Shown here: positions 51,327 to 63,294 of the stretch, piece after piece
How positions within the stretch are numbered: the first letter of the stretch is position 1
Layout: every line of letters starts with the position of its first letter
DNA from: Octopus sinensis
Lineage: Eukaryota
Assembly (NCBI RefSeq): GCF_006345805.1
Contig: NW_021832829.1
Location: 558,001-622,000 of the forward strand
DNA: 64,000 nt
Reading direction: 5' to 3'
The notes under the pieces: model-generated
What the model saw: the letters and a program-made list of their open reading frames with translations, nothing else
What the model was told of the DNA's origin: nothing
Databases searched by the model: none
Position numbers and translations under genes: made by a program

Positions 51327-51607
51327 CAGCGGTTTTCAACCGGGGATTTGTATATCTTGATAAATCGATTTGCTTGCCTCTTATAAAGTGGCCTAAAGCC
51401 ATTAATTGTTTAGTTTTGTTCTTGTTCTTTGTTATTGTATACTTTTAATTTAAACTTATTGTGTTTATGTTAAATTTTTAATTTTTTTCGATTAACAAAC
51501 TTCTGGTTAAATAAAAATAATAATAATTAAATAGAAAATGTTCTGGGAATGCGAGAGTTTGTAAAAATATTTAGGGATGCGAACTCTAAAAATGTTGGGA
51601 ACCCCTG
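51327..51607. mobile_element. hAT MITE
   Basis: Imperfect TIRs CAGCGGTTTTCAAC / GTTGGGAACCCCTG. Flanks CTCTAAAAT / CTCTAAAT (TSD differing by one A). Confidence 0.7.
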
Positions 51608-52033
51608 CTCTAAATATAAAGAAAAAAAGAACAGAAGCGTTTGGCAGAAAGAATATAAATAAAATATATTCATTTGATCAGGCGGACTCGATTATCAATT
51701 TATTCATTTAACCCCATTTTCCTGAAGTTGGGAGAAATGCGGCACCAAAAAAACCGACAGACTTCTTAGTGTCACACACCATAAGTTAAGGAGGAAACTT
51801 GATTATCAAAAAAGCGCGATATTTAAAAATTAATAAAGAGATCTTTCTTGAAATAGTGATATTTATAAAATTAAAATTTCAGATTAAAAGTGAACTCCAG
51901 GACAAAGAACAATAAAGGTTTGGAAGTAATGGAAATTCGAAAGACAGTTCAGGATACTAATAAACAGAAAAACGGCAATCAAAATTCTTTGTCAGAACCA
52001 CGACGATTCCCATCAATCTTCTACAGAAAGGAA

Positions 52034-52753
52034 TCATTTTCCAGATGCTATAGATGAAGGACGTAGTGAGATTTTCTGTGACTCCAGAGGTTTCAATTGA
52101 GGCGGTTTTGAACAAGTCGTCAGTAAATCTGAAACAATAGTTTCATCAATTGTCATTGAAATTATCAAAATTATATACTTATTAATTTAATAGATTGCGC
52201 TTTGGTGTCTATATTCTTGTTATGAATATTTAAAATTTTATCGTTAGGGAAAGTTTTAACTGAAACTTGAAATTTTTTAATTTTATCAAAAAACTGTTTT
52301 TGAAAATATTTTAAAAATCTACACTCATGAAACATTGGAAATATTTTAATATTAGTGTATAATAAAAATTTATAAACTTATATTTATTTCTTGTTTGATT
52401 TGTGTATTTTTCTTTATTTCTATATTTTTGGTTTGTTTTTCAAGAATACAAAGTTGTGTAATTTTATCGATAAAATCATCGGGAGGAGAACTGAATGGGT
52501 CTTCAAAACTATATTGTAGTAAAATACAGTCTTTATATATTATTGAAATTATAACTTTGAGTCGTTTTTTTGATCGCAATTTTAATTTTTTGATTGAGTG
52601 GAGTACTTGAATCAAATATTTTTGAAAACTGATTCAGATTAGTTTTTATCGAATCCTTATGTGCTTATAAATGTAGGTAAAAGTAAAACTACTTTGAAGT
52701 TTTATTCAATTTTAATGTTTCAAAATTTATTGAATTGAAAAATAAAAATCCAT
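52034..52753 (-). other. Possible unidentified spliced gene or pseudogene
   Basis: Exon-like peptides YSFEDPFSSPPDDFIDKITQLCILEKQT and DLLTTCSKPPQLKPLESQK with small GT-AG intron candidates. I could not assemble a clean frame. Confidence 0.25.
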
Positions 52754-52759
52754 GTTAAA

Positions 52760-53478
52760 GTAATTAATTAATTAGCTTAATCTTCTCTTTTTGGGCCATA
52801 ATCCAGTGACCGTATGGGTAAGTTCTCGTCGAAGCACACTCCACATTCTGAGGCTGCCCTTGGTTGACATTCCGTTTCAGCTTTCTCCTCACTAGGCATC
52901 GATATACCATGCCTCTCTTCAGCCTGCATGCTCTCCAATGTCTTCCTCAGAACCCTGTCTGAATACTCTCACTCTTTCTTCCAGCTTGAGGACATCAAGA
53001 TGACCCTTGAAAAATCTTGAGACAATTCCATCCCAGGTCATTACAACAGGGATTACTTTCACTTTTGCGTGATGAATTGCTTCAAGTTTATTTGCCAATA
53101 AGTCATATTTGTGGAACTTCTCAACTTCGACCTGCTTAAGGTAATTTTGCGAAGTAATCCCAACTTCGATAAGAGTGATTGTATTCCTCACTTTGTCATG
53201 GACAAATATATCAGGTTTGTTATTTGCCACAGCTGTATCCGTACTAATCGTAGTATCCACACGAATCTCCACAATTCATTGCTAACAACAGATTGAACTG
53301 AGTGTGTCTTTAGTCTCTTAGTTTTCCTTATTCCATATTGACGACAGAGATGTAAGTGAATACATCTGACTACTTCGTTATGCCGTCTAAGATATGAGCT
53401 ATTCAGCATTCTCCCGCACCTAGTTGCAAGGTGATCAATTAATGTTTCAATATGATCACATTTTGAACAATTTAACAA
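52760..53478 (-). mobile_element. R4/Dong-like 3' fragment
   Basis: DHLATRCGRML, RRHNEVVRC, NNKPDIFVHD, IEVGITS, VMTWDGIV. Confidence 0.88.
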
Positions 53479-54707
53479 GTTTTAAATATTAACAAATTTG
53501 AAAACATTGAAACCATTTTATTTTTTTCCGAATTTTTGTATAACTGACATTATAAAAAAAAACTGAAATATGATAGGCCAGGTAGGTAACGACTAATCTT
53601 ACCATAACTCATACAGTTTACATAAAAATGCATCAAATCATGATGAATACTTAGTACTAACATGAAGTGGCTTAAAATCTATTCTTTTAAATAATAAAAC
53701 CAGATATCAATACGAATTAATTGCCGCTACAATTCATTGATTTTAAATAATTTAAATAATTTCAAAAAATATAAATGCAATAAGATGACCGGATTCTACC
53801 ATTTAATTAAATCATAATGCTTGCGCGAGAAATTCCTGAGCAAAATGTCATATCTTATGAATAATGGTTTTTAGAAATCTATATTAACTGTTAAATCGCT
53901 AATTGTCCTGTCGTGTTAATTAGAATGAAACGAAATAGCTCCATTGTTTATAAAAAAATAACTCCTTGAAGTTTAAGCATAACAATTTCCCATTAAGAGC
54001 ACGAAAGACAGAAGAAGTAACGTTTCGTGATTCTGACACGCACGAGGAGACTCCTTATTTCGGCCTGATTTTCCTCTTGAGTACCCGCGCAAGCACGTAG
54101 TGGTCGTGATTTCTTCATGTCTTCATCTGATCGTCTATATAGTATCAAAAGGTTTTCCATGTTCGTATGTGTCAAAAGCTTGCATTTTTTTGAACGCTCC
54201 GTGAATGCTAGAATTCTTTTCAGGCTTGCTTCACTTTCCGTTTATTAACCAGAAAATGGAGTTGCCACATACCATGCATGCAAGAAAGAAGGCGCGGTAC
54301 AGCTAGTTTTCATATATGACAAAGAGGGTTAGTTCGGTACGAAGAAGAGTAAATACTTTATCGAACAGTTGGAAAAAGACGTTTGCATTGAAATTGGCTT
54401 ACAGGTTACAACTTGACGGACGGCTAAAAGACTCGCAAGAATCCTCTATGCCCAAATGATCCTGGAACTTCGGTGCCTTTTTTATCTCCTCGTTAGTGAT
54501 TTTTCTTTGTTTTTTTGGTTTTGATTTTTTGGGCAATAAATAAAAAAAAATTTCGCTGTATGATAGGGTCCAATTTGGAATATGGCCAAATAGATTCAAG
54601 CGCGAGTTCGTAAGCACTTTATTTAGAGGGCCCGTAGATCAAATTACTTACAAAATATAGTATATTAATATTTATTAAGAAATATTTTAAACTTTTAATT
54701 TTTTAGC

Positions 54708-55785
54708 ATGGATCACACAGTGTCAACTTTAACATTAAATAAACAAAAATCATCTCCACATCCTTGTGTTATTTCTACTTGTCCTATTAACCAAGATACA
54801 ATAAATAGTTTTATATGCGGATCATACCAATTGAATGAGGCTTTTTTAAAAATAAACATTATAGGGAATATATAAAGGACAACTATATGTTTTTATACAA
54901 TATATCAAATTTAGAACCGATTTACTCTTTACCAACTTCTGCCATTCTCGATGTATTTGTTGGCGAGAAAAAAAGAGTCAATTTATCTCAATTGACGCTA
55001 ATGGTCACGTTTGTGGCTATAAAGTGGACGAAGAAATGATTAGTCGACTTTTTTCCACTCAATTAAACGATAAACATCTTTTGTCATTAGACATTGATTC
55101 CCGAGACATGCTTATATCCTCAGATTTACACGGCCGTGTTCACTATTGCCAACTTGGCCAGGATTGTGTTACTATAATACATTTTCATTACATAATTCTC
55201 AGATTTGGAAGGTTCATTTTGATTCTGACAGTAATTTGTTTTACTCGGTTTGTTTTTGAAATCAATATTTACTAAGGTGACGACGAAGGTCTTTTAAAAC
55301 TTTCTGATCTAAGGGTTGGTAGTAACCCGCAAGTATCATATCGAAAGTTGATCTTTCATTTTTATATTCTAGATATAAATATGGAGTTTGTGGGATTCTA
55401 TGTTCTGGAAATACATTATACACAGGAGGGTAAGGGCGGGAATCATTTTTTAGATACGATCAATGTTTGAATATTCTTGACAAAAGGAATTCTCGGGAGA
55501 ACATACATCTTCTACTAATTTAGGAGGAGGTGTGTGGGGGTTAAAGTTTTGCCCGTCCAACCCTCACATTCTTTTAGTGTCTGTTACTCATCTGGATTGA
55601 GAGTAATTGACGTGTCAGATCCAGGTTTTTTGAATATTTTTTTCTTAGCTTAAACGAATGTTACTGTTGGATATTTAGAACATGAGACATTGGTATATGT
55701 TTGTGACTGGGCGACGCCTAACAAGGTTATTTCTGCATCTTTCTATGACAACGATATTCGTTTGTGGGAGCTGGTTGATGTATAA
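54708..55785 (+). CDS. DPH7: Diphthine methylesterase DPH7/WDR85 (WD40); frameshifted in this sequence (assembly error or pseudogene)
   Basis: CGSYQL, SAILD, LLSLD, LHNSQIW, YSGDDEG...DLR, YTG|GYD, LGGGVWGLK, EHETLVYVCDW, SASFYDNDIRLW. Small introns. At least five 1-nt frameshifts are needed. Confidence 0.8.
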
Positions 55786-55916
55786 ATTGAAAATAAACTG
55801 TTCTTGAGATTTATAGTCGCGAATTCTCAATTTTTGATATTATTCTGAATAAATGGACCTATTTATTAAATAATTTTATTTAAGTAGAATTCATAAAATT
55901 TTTGAGTATCTATGAT

Positions 55917-57153
55917 AAAAATAAAATTATCCTACATAATTTTGAATTGTAGGCCTTTCCGATCTATATTAGATTTGTGCTAATTAATGTTTAATTTGTG
56001 CTCGTATTTAACATTCTACTCACATTAATTCCAATTAAAGTCGAATTAAATTAGAATAATTATTATTAGTGAATAAATAAATGGTTTAGACGTGTAAAAA
56101 AATAAATATTTTTTTAGAAAAAATAAAAAAAAAACCCCACGCATAAAATTGAAAGAAAAACAACTAAAAATACACTAAAATTTATTACCGAGCTGATAAT
56201 TTATCGGACGAAATCCGAAAACAGAAATATAAAATAAATGGCCAATCAGAAAAAACAAAGCACCAAATTCAAAGAAATTTACCGCGAGAACGGCATCCCC
56301 AAGACTCGCGGAAAACAATCCAATTGCAATACACAAAGAATAATTAAAATTTGACTTGAATCCTTTTATTATTACAAATATGACTAAAATATATACAGTT
56401 TACCCTCTATTGCTCGCCAATTCTATTGCTCGCCATTTCTATAACTCGCCACTTTTTTGGAAAAAATGCCATTTTTACTAAGGAAATTCCATTGCTCCCA
56501 AATTCTCTCCCGCTAATTCAATTTTTAGTATTAAAAAATAAAATTTATCCTACATAATTTTGAATTGTAGGCCTTTCCGATCTATATTAGATTTGTGCTA
56601 ATTAATGTTTAATTTGTGCTCGTATTTAACATTCTACTCACATTAATTCCAATTAAAGTCGAATTAAATTAGAATAATTATTATTAGTGAATAAATAAAT
56701 GGTTTAGACGTGTAAAAAAATAAATATTTTTTTAGAAAAAATAAAAAAAAAACCCCACGCATAAAATTGAAAGAAAAACAACTAAAAATACACTAAAATT
56801 TATTACCGAGCTGATAATTTATCGGACGAAATCCGAAAACAGAAATATAAAATAAATGGCCAATCAGAAAAAACAAAGCACCAAATTCAAAAAATTTACC
56901 GCGAGAACGGCATCCCCCCAAGACTCGCGGAAAACAATCCAATTGCAATACACAAAGAATAATTAAAATTTGACTTGAATCCTTTTATTATTACAAATAT
57001 GACTAAAATATATACAGTTTACCCTCTATTGCTCGCCAATTCTATTGCTCGCCATTTCTATAACTCGCCACTTTTTTGGAAAAAGCCATTTTTACTAAGG
57101 AAATTCCATTGCTGCCCAAATTCTCTTACTCGCCACGTTTTAGTATTAAAAAA
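55917..57153. repeat. Tandem duplication of two ~618-bp units, including the pogo left end
   Basis: TTATCCTACATAATTTTGAATTG at 55927 and 56545. Copies differ mostly in homopolymer length. Confidence 0.92.
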
Positions 57154-59070
57154 TTAAATTATTATTAAAAAAAATAATTTTTTCAAATATTTATACCGCG
57201 TGGTTTTTTTGTAACATGAGGAAGTGCTCAAGATTATCCTATGATCAAAAAAGAGAAATTATAAATTATCTTATTGATAATTCTTCTCTAAGTCTAAGGC
57301 GTGTTTCAGAAATTTTTTCGTCGCGTTTCAAAAAATCAATTTCGAGACGTGCAATTAACGATCTTAAATTGAACAAACAGAAGATTCTTGGAATTAATCC
57401 AATTTATGGGAGAAGTTCTCGTTTTTCGAAACTTAGATATTCAGCAATTGATTCTGAAATCATTGCCTGGATAGATTACATGGAATCTATTGGAGCTTGC
57501 CTCAATGATGAGATAATTTTGTCGAAAGCAACTGAAATTGCTGCGTTAACGGTCTCTTCGAATTTAAAGCCAGTAAAGGATGGCTTGAAAAGTTCAAAAA
57601 AAGGCACAATGTAAAACTAAGAATTTTTCATGGTGAATTGGGATATACTGCGGATGAGTTCAAAGACCAAATCGAAGACTTTGGATGAACATGGAAATAT
57701 TCAACGAATGGTTGTATAATTGGAACAAGACTCTCAAACAAAAACAAAAAAAGATACTTTTGGTTGTAGACCATTGTCCTTCGCATAGAATAACAATCGA
57801 ATTAAGTATGATAGAAGTTTTATATTTACCAAAAAACACGACTACTGTGCTTCAACCGATGGATCAAGGAATCATTAGATCATTCAAATCTCATTTCAAC
57901 AAATTTAAATTTAAACATATAATTGAACAAATAAACTACGGTGACGCAACTATTGAATGCTATAAAAAATTAACCCTGAAAGATGCAGTCTTATTTTCTT
58001 ATCTAGCCTGAAAAGATGTGTCAGTGGATACAATATCAAAATGTTTTCAGCACGCCAAATGGGAAAACAGAATTGAAGAACCTATTATGGGAGACCATAA
58101 AATAAAAAATTTCGAACAAATTATAGAAAAATTAATGATCACAGATCCCATAAAAGAGGAGGAGTTTATAGACTTTACGTACTCTGAAAATGACGAACTT
58201 CATGAATTTGTTCAAAACAATAACTATGAAAATAACGATGAAAATGCAATTTTAGACAGTTCAATTACTGAAGATTGTGAAAGAAACAACTGTATTACAC
58301 ATCGAGATGCGATAAAATGTATTTCGGACCTCAAAAAATATTTTTCACATGACGATAATTTTGATGTGAATATGCTAGAAATTTTATTAAAAATGCAAAA
58401 AAATATAGAGAAAAGATCATACAAAAAACTATAAATGATTACTTTACTTAAAATTTTGGTTTTTTAAATAAATGTTTCGGCTATTTATTTAAATGTTTAG
58501 ATATTAAAAATTATAGAAATTTTTTGTTGATAGAAAATGTGACCTGTCATAATGAGATACGGTTGAATACGAGCCGTAAAAAGATCGATAATTAATATAC
58601 CGATTCAAAAGGCCAATTACAATAAAGGCAAACGTTCCGAACTAATGATTGAACTTTAAATTTTTGACAAAATGATGTTTTATATTTGAACCATGTTTGC
58701 TTTAAAATAGTAAAATTATTTACAACATTAGCAATTATAATGTGAATTATTTTTATTTTTGATATTATAATTGCAACATTAGCAAATTACAAGTTTGTAA
58801 CAACTTTAACTCTAATCTTAACTTTAACTCTAACTATAAATGATTTCAACGTTATTATAAACATATTCATCATAAAAAAGACACTAAAGAAAACAGACCC
58901 TAACCCTAATCCCTGACCCTGACGCTAACCCTGACGCTAACCCTGACGCTAACCCTACCCTAACCCTGACCCTAACCCTGACCCTAACCCTGACCCTAAC
59001 CCTGACCCTGATTCTCTTAGTCGCCAATTTTGGCTTGGTCCCAAAATGGCGAGCAATAGAGGGAAGACTG
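57015..59070 (+). mobile_element. pogo/Tigger DNA transposon, internally deleted and frameshifted
   Basis: 24-bp TIRs CAGTTTACCCTCTATTGCTCGCCA / TGGCGAGCAATAGAGGGAAGACTG with TA TSD. CENP-B-like HTH (ASKGWLEKFKKRH) and DDE_1 (ILLVVDHCPSH, LPKNTTTVLQPMDQGII). Confidence 0.92.
58898..59011 (+). repeat. Telomere-like (CCCTAA/CCCTGA/CGCTAA)n array
   Basis: About 19 degenerate hexamers, visible directly. Confidence 0.9.
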
Positions 59071-59599
59071 TATAGGATGCATTTGAAGATTATTTTAGCT
59101 GGTTTGTTAAAATTGCTTACATTTTTAATATAAAAAATAGACGAGGCGATAAATGGTACAAAAAATGTTAATATTGGCCATAACTAAACAAAATACAATA
59201 AATCATGAATAAAACCATGTTCCAAGGATTATATTTTCCATTAAACGAAAAGCAGAAAGACGACATAAAAAGTGCACAAAAATTTTAATATATATTAAAT
59301 TTGCTATATTTATAAAATTGATATTTTTTAATAAAATTTAATTTAAAATAAGTTATTCATTTTCACAAAGAATTTTTTCTCGGTTCATTTTAACATTTTT
59401 AGTATCTAGAATTTAATTTTATTGATCATTTTTAGAGTAAATTTCTTTAAAAATATAAAAAAAGAAAACTTTTTCGGCACATTCATATTTAAATGAAACT
59501 AAAATATGCAAAAACTTATTTTCTTATAAACTGTCTTATTTGAAAACTTAGATCATTAAATGAAAGTTTCGAGGCACAATTAACCAATTGTCGCTTTGG

Positions 59600-59900
59600 T
59601 CTGCACGCGCTATCGTGTAGAAACAAACTGGTCGTATCCTGCGGCACGCTGATCTAAATGATCTTATCAGGAGAGCCTTAGAAGTCGCCGAAATCCCCTC
59701 AATACTCGAAACTACTGGGATCGATTGGGGGACGGGAAGAGACCCGACGGGATTACTGTGTTTCCCTTCATCAGAGGGAAGCCACATACCTGGGACGCCA
59801 CGTTTGTGGACTCATTTTCACCTGAGAACCTGCTGATGCTCGCATCCACCCCTAAATCAATTGCTACTACTGCATTTTATGAGAAGCAAAAAACTGTGGG
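59600..59900 (+). mobile_element. CRE-like REL fragment
   Basis: RHADLNDLIRRAL, DGKRPDGITVFPF, WDATFVDSFS. Confidence 0.8.
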
Positions 59901-60279
59901 TTACTTACCATAAATACAATTAACCGACAAATCATTAATCTGATTTATTATGTTTATAATGTCGTATTAAAGTGAAGATAGATAAATTTTGTTGATCGCA
60001 GGCCGTACATTCCGTTGTGCTTGGTTTGAAAGTGACATATTAGATTATATTTCGTGAACACGGTAACTGTTTCATAAAAAATTACACATGGAGGTTTGAA
60101 TCCGCCTTTATTGAAAAAATATCATTGAATTTATTTTTTTATTAAAAACAAGGCAGTAATCCCTCTGCCGAATTTAGTTTGCCTACACCTGTATTTTTGT
60201 CTCCTTTCATTTATTTAGAAAAATGCAACAATAAATATTTACAAGAACGAAATACTGATTAAAGAAGAAAATTCAGCTT

Positions 60280-61290
60280 ATTACGCCAAACTTCATCTGT
60301 ACCGGTTTTGCCAGCAAACCGAGGCACCAAAAGACCGTGCTCTGCTCCGTCGACATCCATAAAGCCTTCGACTTCGTCTCGAGGAAGCTCCTCTCAAGGA
60401 AGATATTCCAATCCGAATTTCCTCCGAAGCTAAAAATATGGATTACCAACTCCCTAAGTGGATGAAGGGGAATGGTGTGCCTCGGTGGTCTGAAGTCCAA
60501 ATCTCGTCTTCTACCCAACGGAGTACCTCAGGGATTCCCCTTATCCCCGGCGCTCTTCAACCTATATTTGGAAGACCTCCCTCCCTCGACAACAATGACA
60601 TTGTTTTCTCATACGCGGACGACATCGTACTAGCCTCACGGGACCGGAACATCCAGAAGGCCTCTGAAAGGCTCCAAGCTAACTTGGATCGGTTGAACCT
60701 ATGGCTGACGGACAACCGGCGAAGAAAACGCGGCGAAGTCCGTCACGTCCCTCTTCACCTCGGAAAAAAGATTGGGAAGGACTTCATTCGAATTAAAGCT
60801 GAATAACATGTCCGTACCCTTCTACAGGAGTCAGACGGTCCTAGGGGTAACCTTCGACATGCACCTCTGTTTCTCCCCACATGCAGACAACCTCCTTCGC
60901 AAATGCGGAAAAAAGTTGAACATCCTACGAACTCTATCCGGAATATGGAAAAACGGGTCGCACCCGGTACTGGCGAATATCTACCGCCAGTACTTCGAAC
61001 CTTTTATTGCCTACGCCTACGGATCATGGGGTCCGCGGTTATCGTGGTCCAACAGGAGGCGAATCGAGGAGCCCCAACAAAGGGCCCTCAGATTAACCGA
61101 TCGTTGGTCGCATGATAGCCAACGCCCCGGTCCAGCTTCTCTGGAAGACCTCATCAAGCTGAACCTCAGCCCGTCAGCGAATGCTCCGCCAAAAACGGCC
61201 TGCCGCTTGGTGCGATCTTGTATGGGCTCGTGGAAAGATCACCAAGCGAGGATGAAATCCCTGGTTGAGTCCATCGGGATCACGTGACGT
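60280..61290 (+). mobile_element. 5'-truncated non-LTR RT (Ingi/I-group-like)
   Basis: SVDIHKAFD, GVPQG, YADDI, LGVTFDMHLCFSPHA, IYRQYFEPFIAYAYGSW. Confidence 0.85.
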
Positions 61291-61449
61291 TTGTTCGGTT
61301 TTTAGCGTGGTTTTGGTGATTTAATAAATAAATAAAGTCTTTACTGAAAGAAAAACTCAAAAAGCGTTCAATGTTTATTTTTCTTTAGATTCTTAAACTT
61401 TTAAAATTCAAATCCTGTATGCAATGTCAAGAGTATAATGTTTTAAGCC

Positions 61450-62010
61450 GAGAAAATTTTCAAGACAAACGACCTCCAATTAAGTACAAAAGCCTCCCGT
61501 TACGTACAAAAACCACCCTGTAGATTATAAAATACAGAAGACACTTTTGGATCTTTGTCTACACAAAAATGTTTTCTCTTGTTTGATAGATAGGAAAACC
61601 GAAGGAATATAAACAGGTATTAATAGCACTACGGATTTCATTGGCGACGATAAAGCATATGCAACACAATAAATCAAATCCCTGGAAAGGTGTCTCAATT
61701 TCGTTATATTCAAAGCTGTCTTTTTTATTTTCAAGGTGGCTCACAATGCTTTTAAATTCATCGTCAAGGAAATCCGGCAATATTTTCCTTGCTCAGCCTC
61801 TGAAGCGTGATGCGTCCAAAACAATGTGATCCTCCATGTCCACGTTCACGGAGGCATTCATTTTCATCCTGAGAAATTTAATAACTTTCATTTTTACGTA
61901 AAATTCTATGCAAGCGAGCCAGATCTTCTCCTGTTTGTGAGTAGTTCGTAAGTAAGTGTTTTACTACCGTAATATCATTTGCTTCAGCAAGGCGGGAGCC
62001 CAGTTTCTTA
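61450..62010 (-). pseudogene. Spliced gene remnant, possibly a membrane protein
   Basis: A 29-nt GT-AG intron (61869-61897) joins DLARLHRIL to MKMNASVNVDMEDHIVLDASRFRG*ARKILPDF...FDLLCCICFIVANEI. Internal stops are present. Family not recognised. Confidence 0.25.
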
Positions 62011-62837
62011 GTTTTCCGCCTTGGTTTTTTGGTATGGTCTTTTTTTCTAATCAGCTCCGTGATCTCTATTCCCTCTATGTTTACATTTAGTGACCAGTCT
62101 AACAGCTTGTCTGGTATCTTCTAAATTAGGATCTCGAGCTCTTTTTTATTGTTGGATATAATCTGCAAGGGCGATCATAGTTGTTTCTATTTGAAGAACT
62201 AGTCTCAGGTCTCGAAGAGCACCTCAGAGTAGACAAAAAACAGAATATGAAATATTGGATCTTATTGTGGCTGCCAAAAAATATTCTATAGATAAATTGA
62301 GCTAAAATATATCAATATATTCATAGATTCGAAATTAGAATCAAACCAAATGATTGCGATTTAAGTGCGGTTTTAATTCTTATCAAAAAATATTTTGATA
62401 AAGACCATTTTTTGCCCATCAAATCATTAAAATTCATTTGTTATAATAAAAAATTTTAAGGATACAAAAAATGAATTGTAATCTTAAATTATGATTTTTA
62501 TTTTAAAAAATAAGTATGTGTGAGTATGTGATAAACTTTTAGCACAGACATGGAATAAAGGTAGACAAACGAGGAATACGCCTCTGCCGCCAATCAACTT
62601 GCGGAGCTGGCATGTCGTGAGAACACTCAGCAAAACAATTACTTTGACGCAGAAATGAAAAATGATGAGAATTTTGTTGCAAACTCTTTTTCCAAGCGAA
62701 GAAGAGAAACCACTGACGATCTGGATTCTTTAATAATTTAAGATAGAATTTACATAATTAATTTATGATATAATATCTTAATTTTGTGATAAATTTTTTA
62801 TCCATATTTGGATGATCACAACGTTAAATGATATATA

Positions 62838-63290
62838 CACCCCTCGTCACCGAAAACCGGACAAGCCATTTTTTATGATTTTATTAATTAGATACGAAAA
62901 ATCAAAAACTTAAGCTTATATTTTTACTTAATAATAATTGTGTAATAATTATTAATTATACTATTATAGAACTAATATTTAAAACAGAATTTCATTTACT
63001 GAAGACATGTAAAACCGGACAAAAATAAAAACAAGTCATTTAGTAGTTAATATGTCCACCATTTGAACTGAAAATTTTATAACATCTATTTTTCATAGAC
63101 ATTACTAGTTTTTTCAATAATTCTGGTGATATATTATTCCATATTTCTGTTAATTTGTTCTTTAGTTCATTTTTGTTTTTGACTACATTTTTTGATAATT
63201 CTCTCTTCATTTCTGTCCATAGATGTTCTATCGGGTTTAGATCCGGTGATCGAGCAGGCCATTGAAGTAAAATAATGTTTCTGCCAGTGT
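62838..63290 (-). mobile_element. Tc1-family transposon 3' end
   Basis: WPARSPDLNPIEHLWTEMKR on the minus strand. Putative terminus TA|CACCCCTCGTCACCGAAAACCGGACA. Confidence 0.8.
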
Positions 63291-63294
63291 TGTG

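Noticed and set aside
56466-56492. GCCATTTTTACTAAGGAAATTCC resembling U5 snRNA loop 1
   Set aside because: It lies in the pogo subterminal region, deviates from the invariant GCCUUUUAC loop, and lacks the U5 stem and Sm site.
16707-61795. TGA at expected or plausible Trp positions (16707 LT*DG, 58009 LA*KD, ~61793), suggesting UGA=Trp recoding
   Set aside because: All lie in decaying elements or pseudogenes, TGG to TGA is one transition, intact genes use TGG, and TGA ends the AN1 gene (138-140) and probably PCF11 at the expected C-termini.
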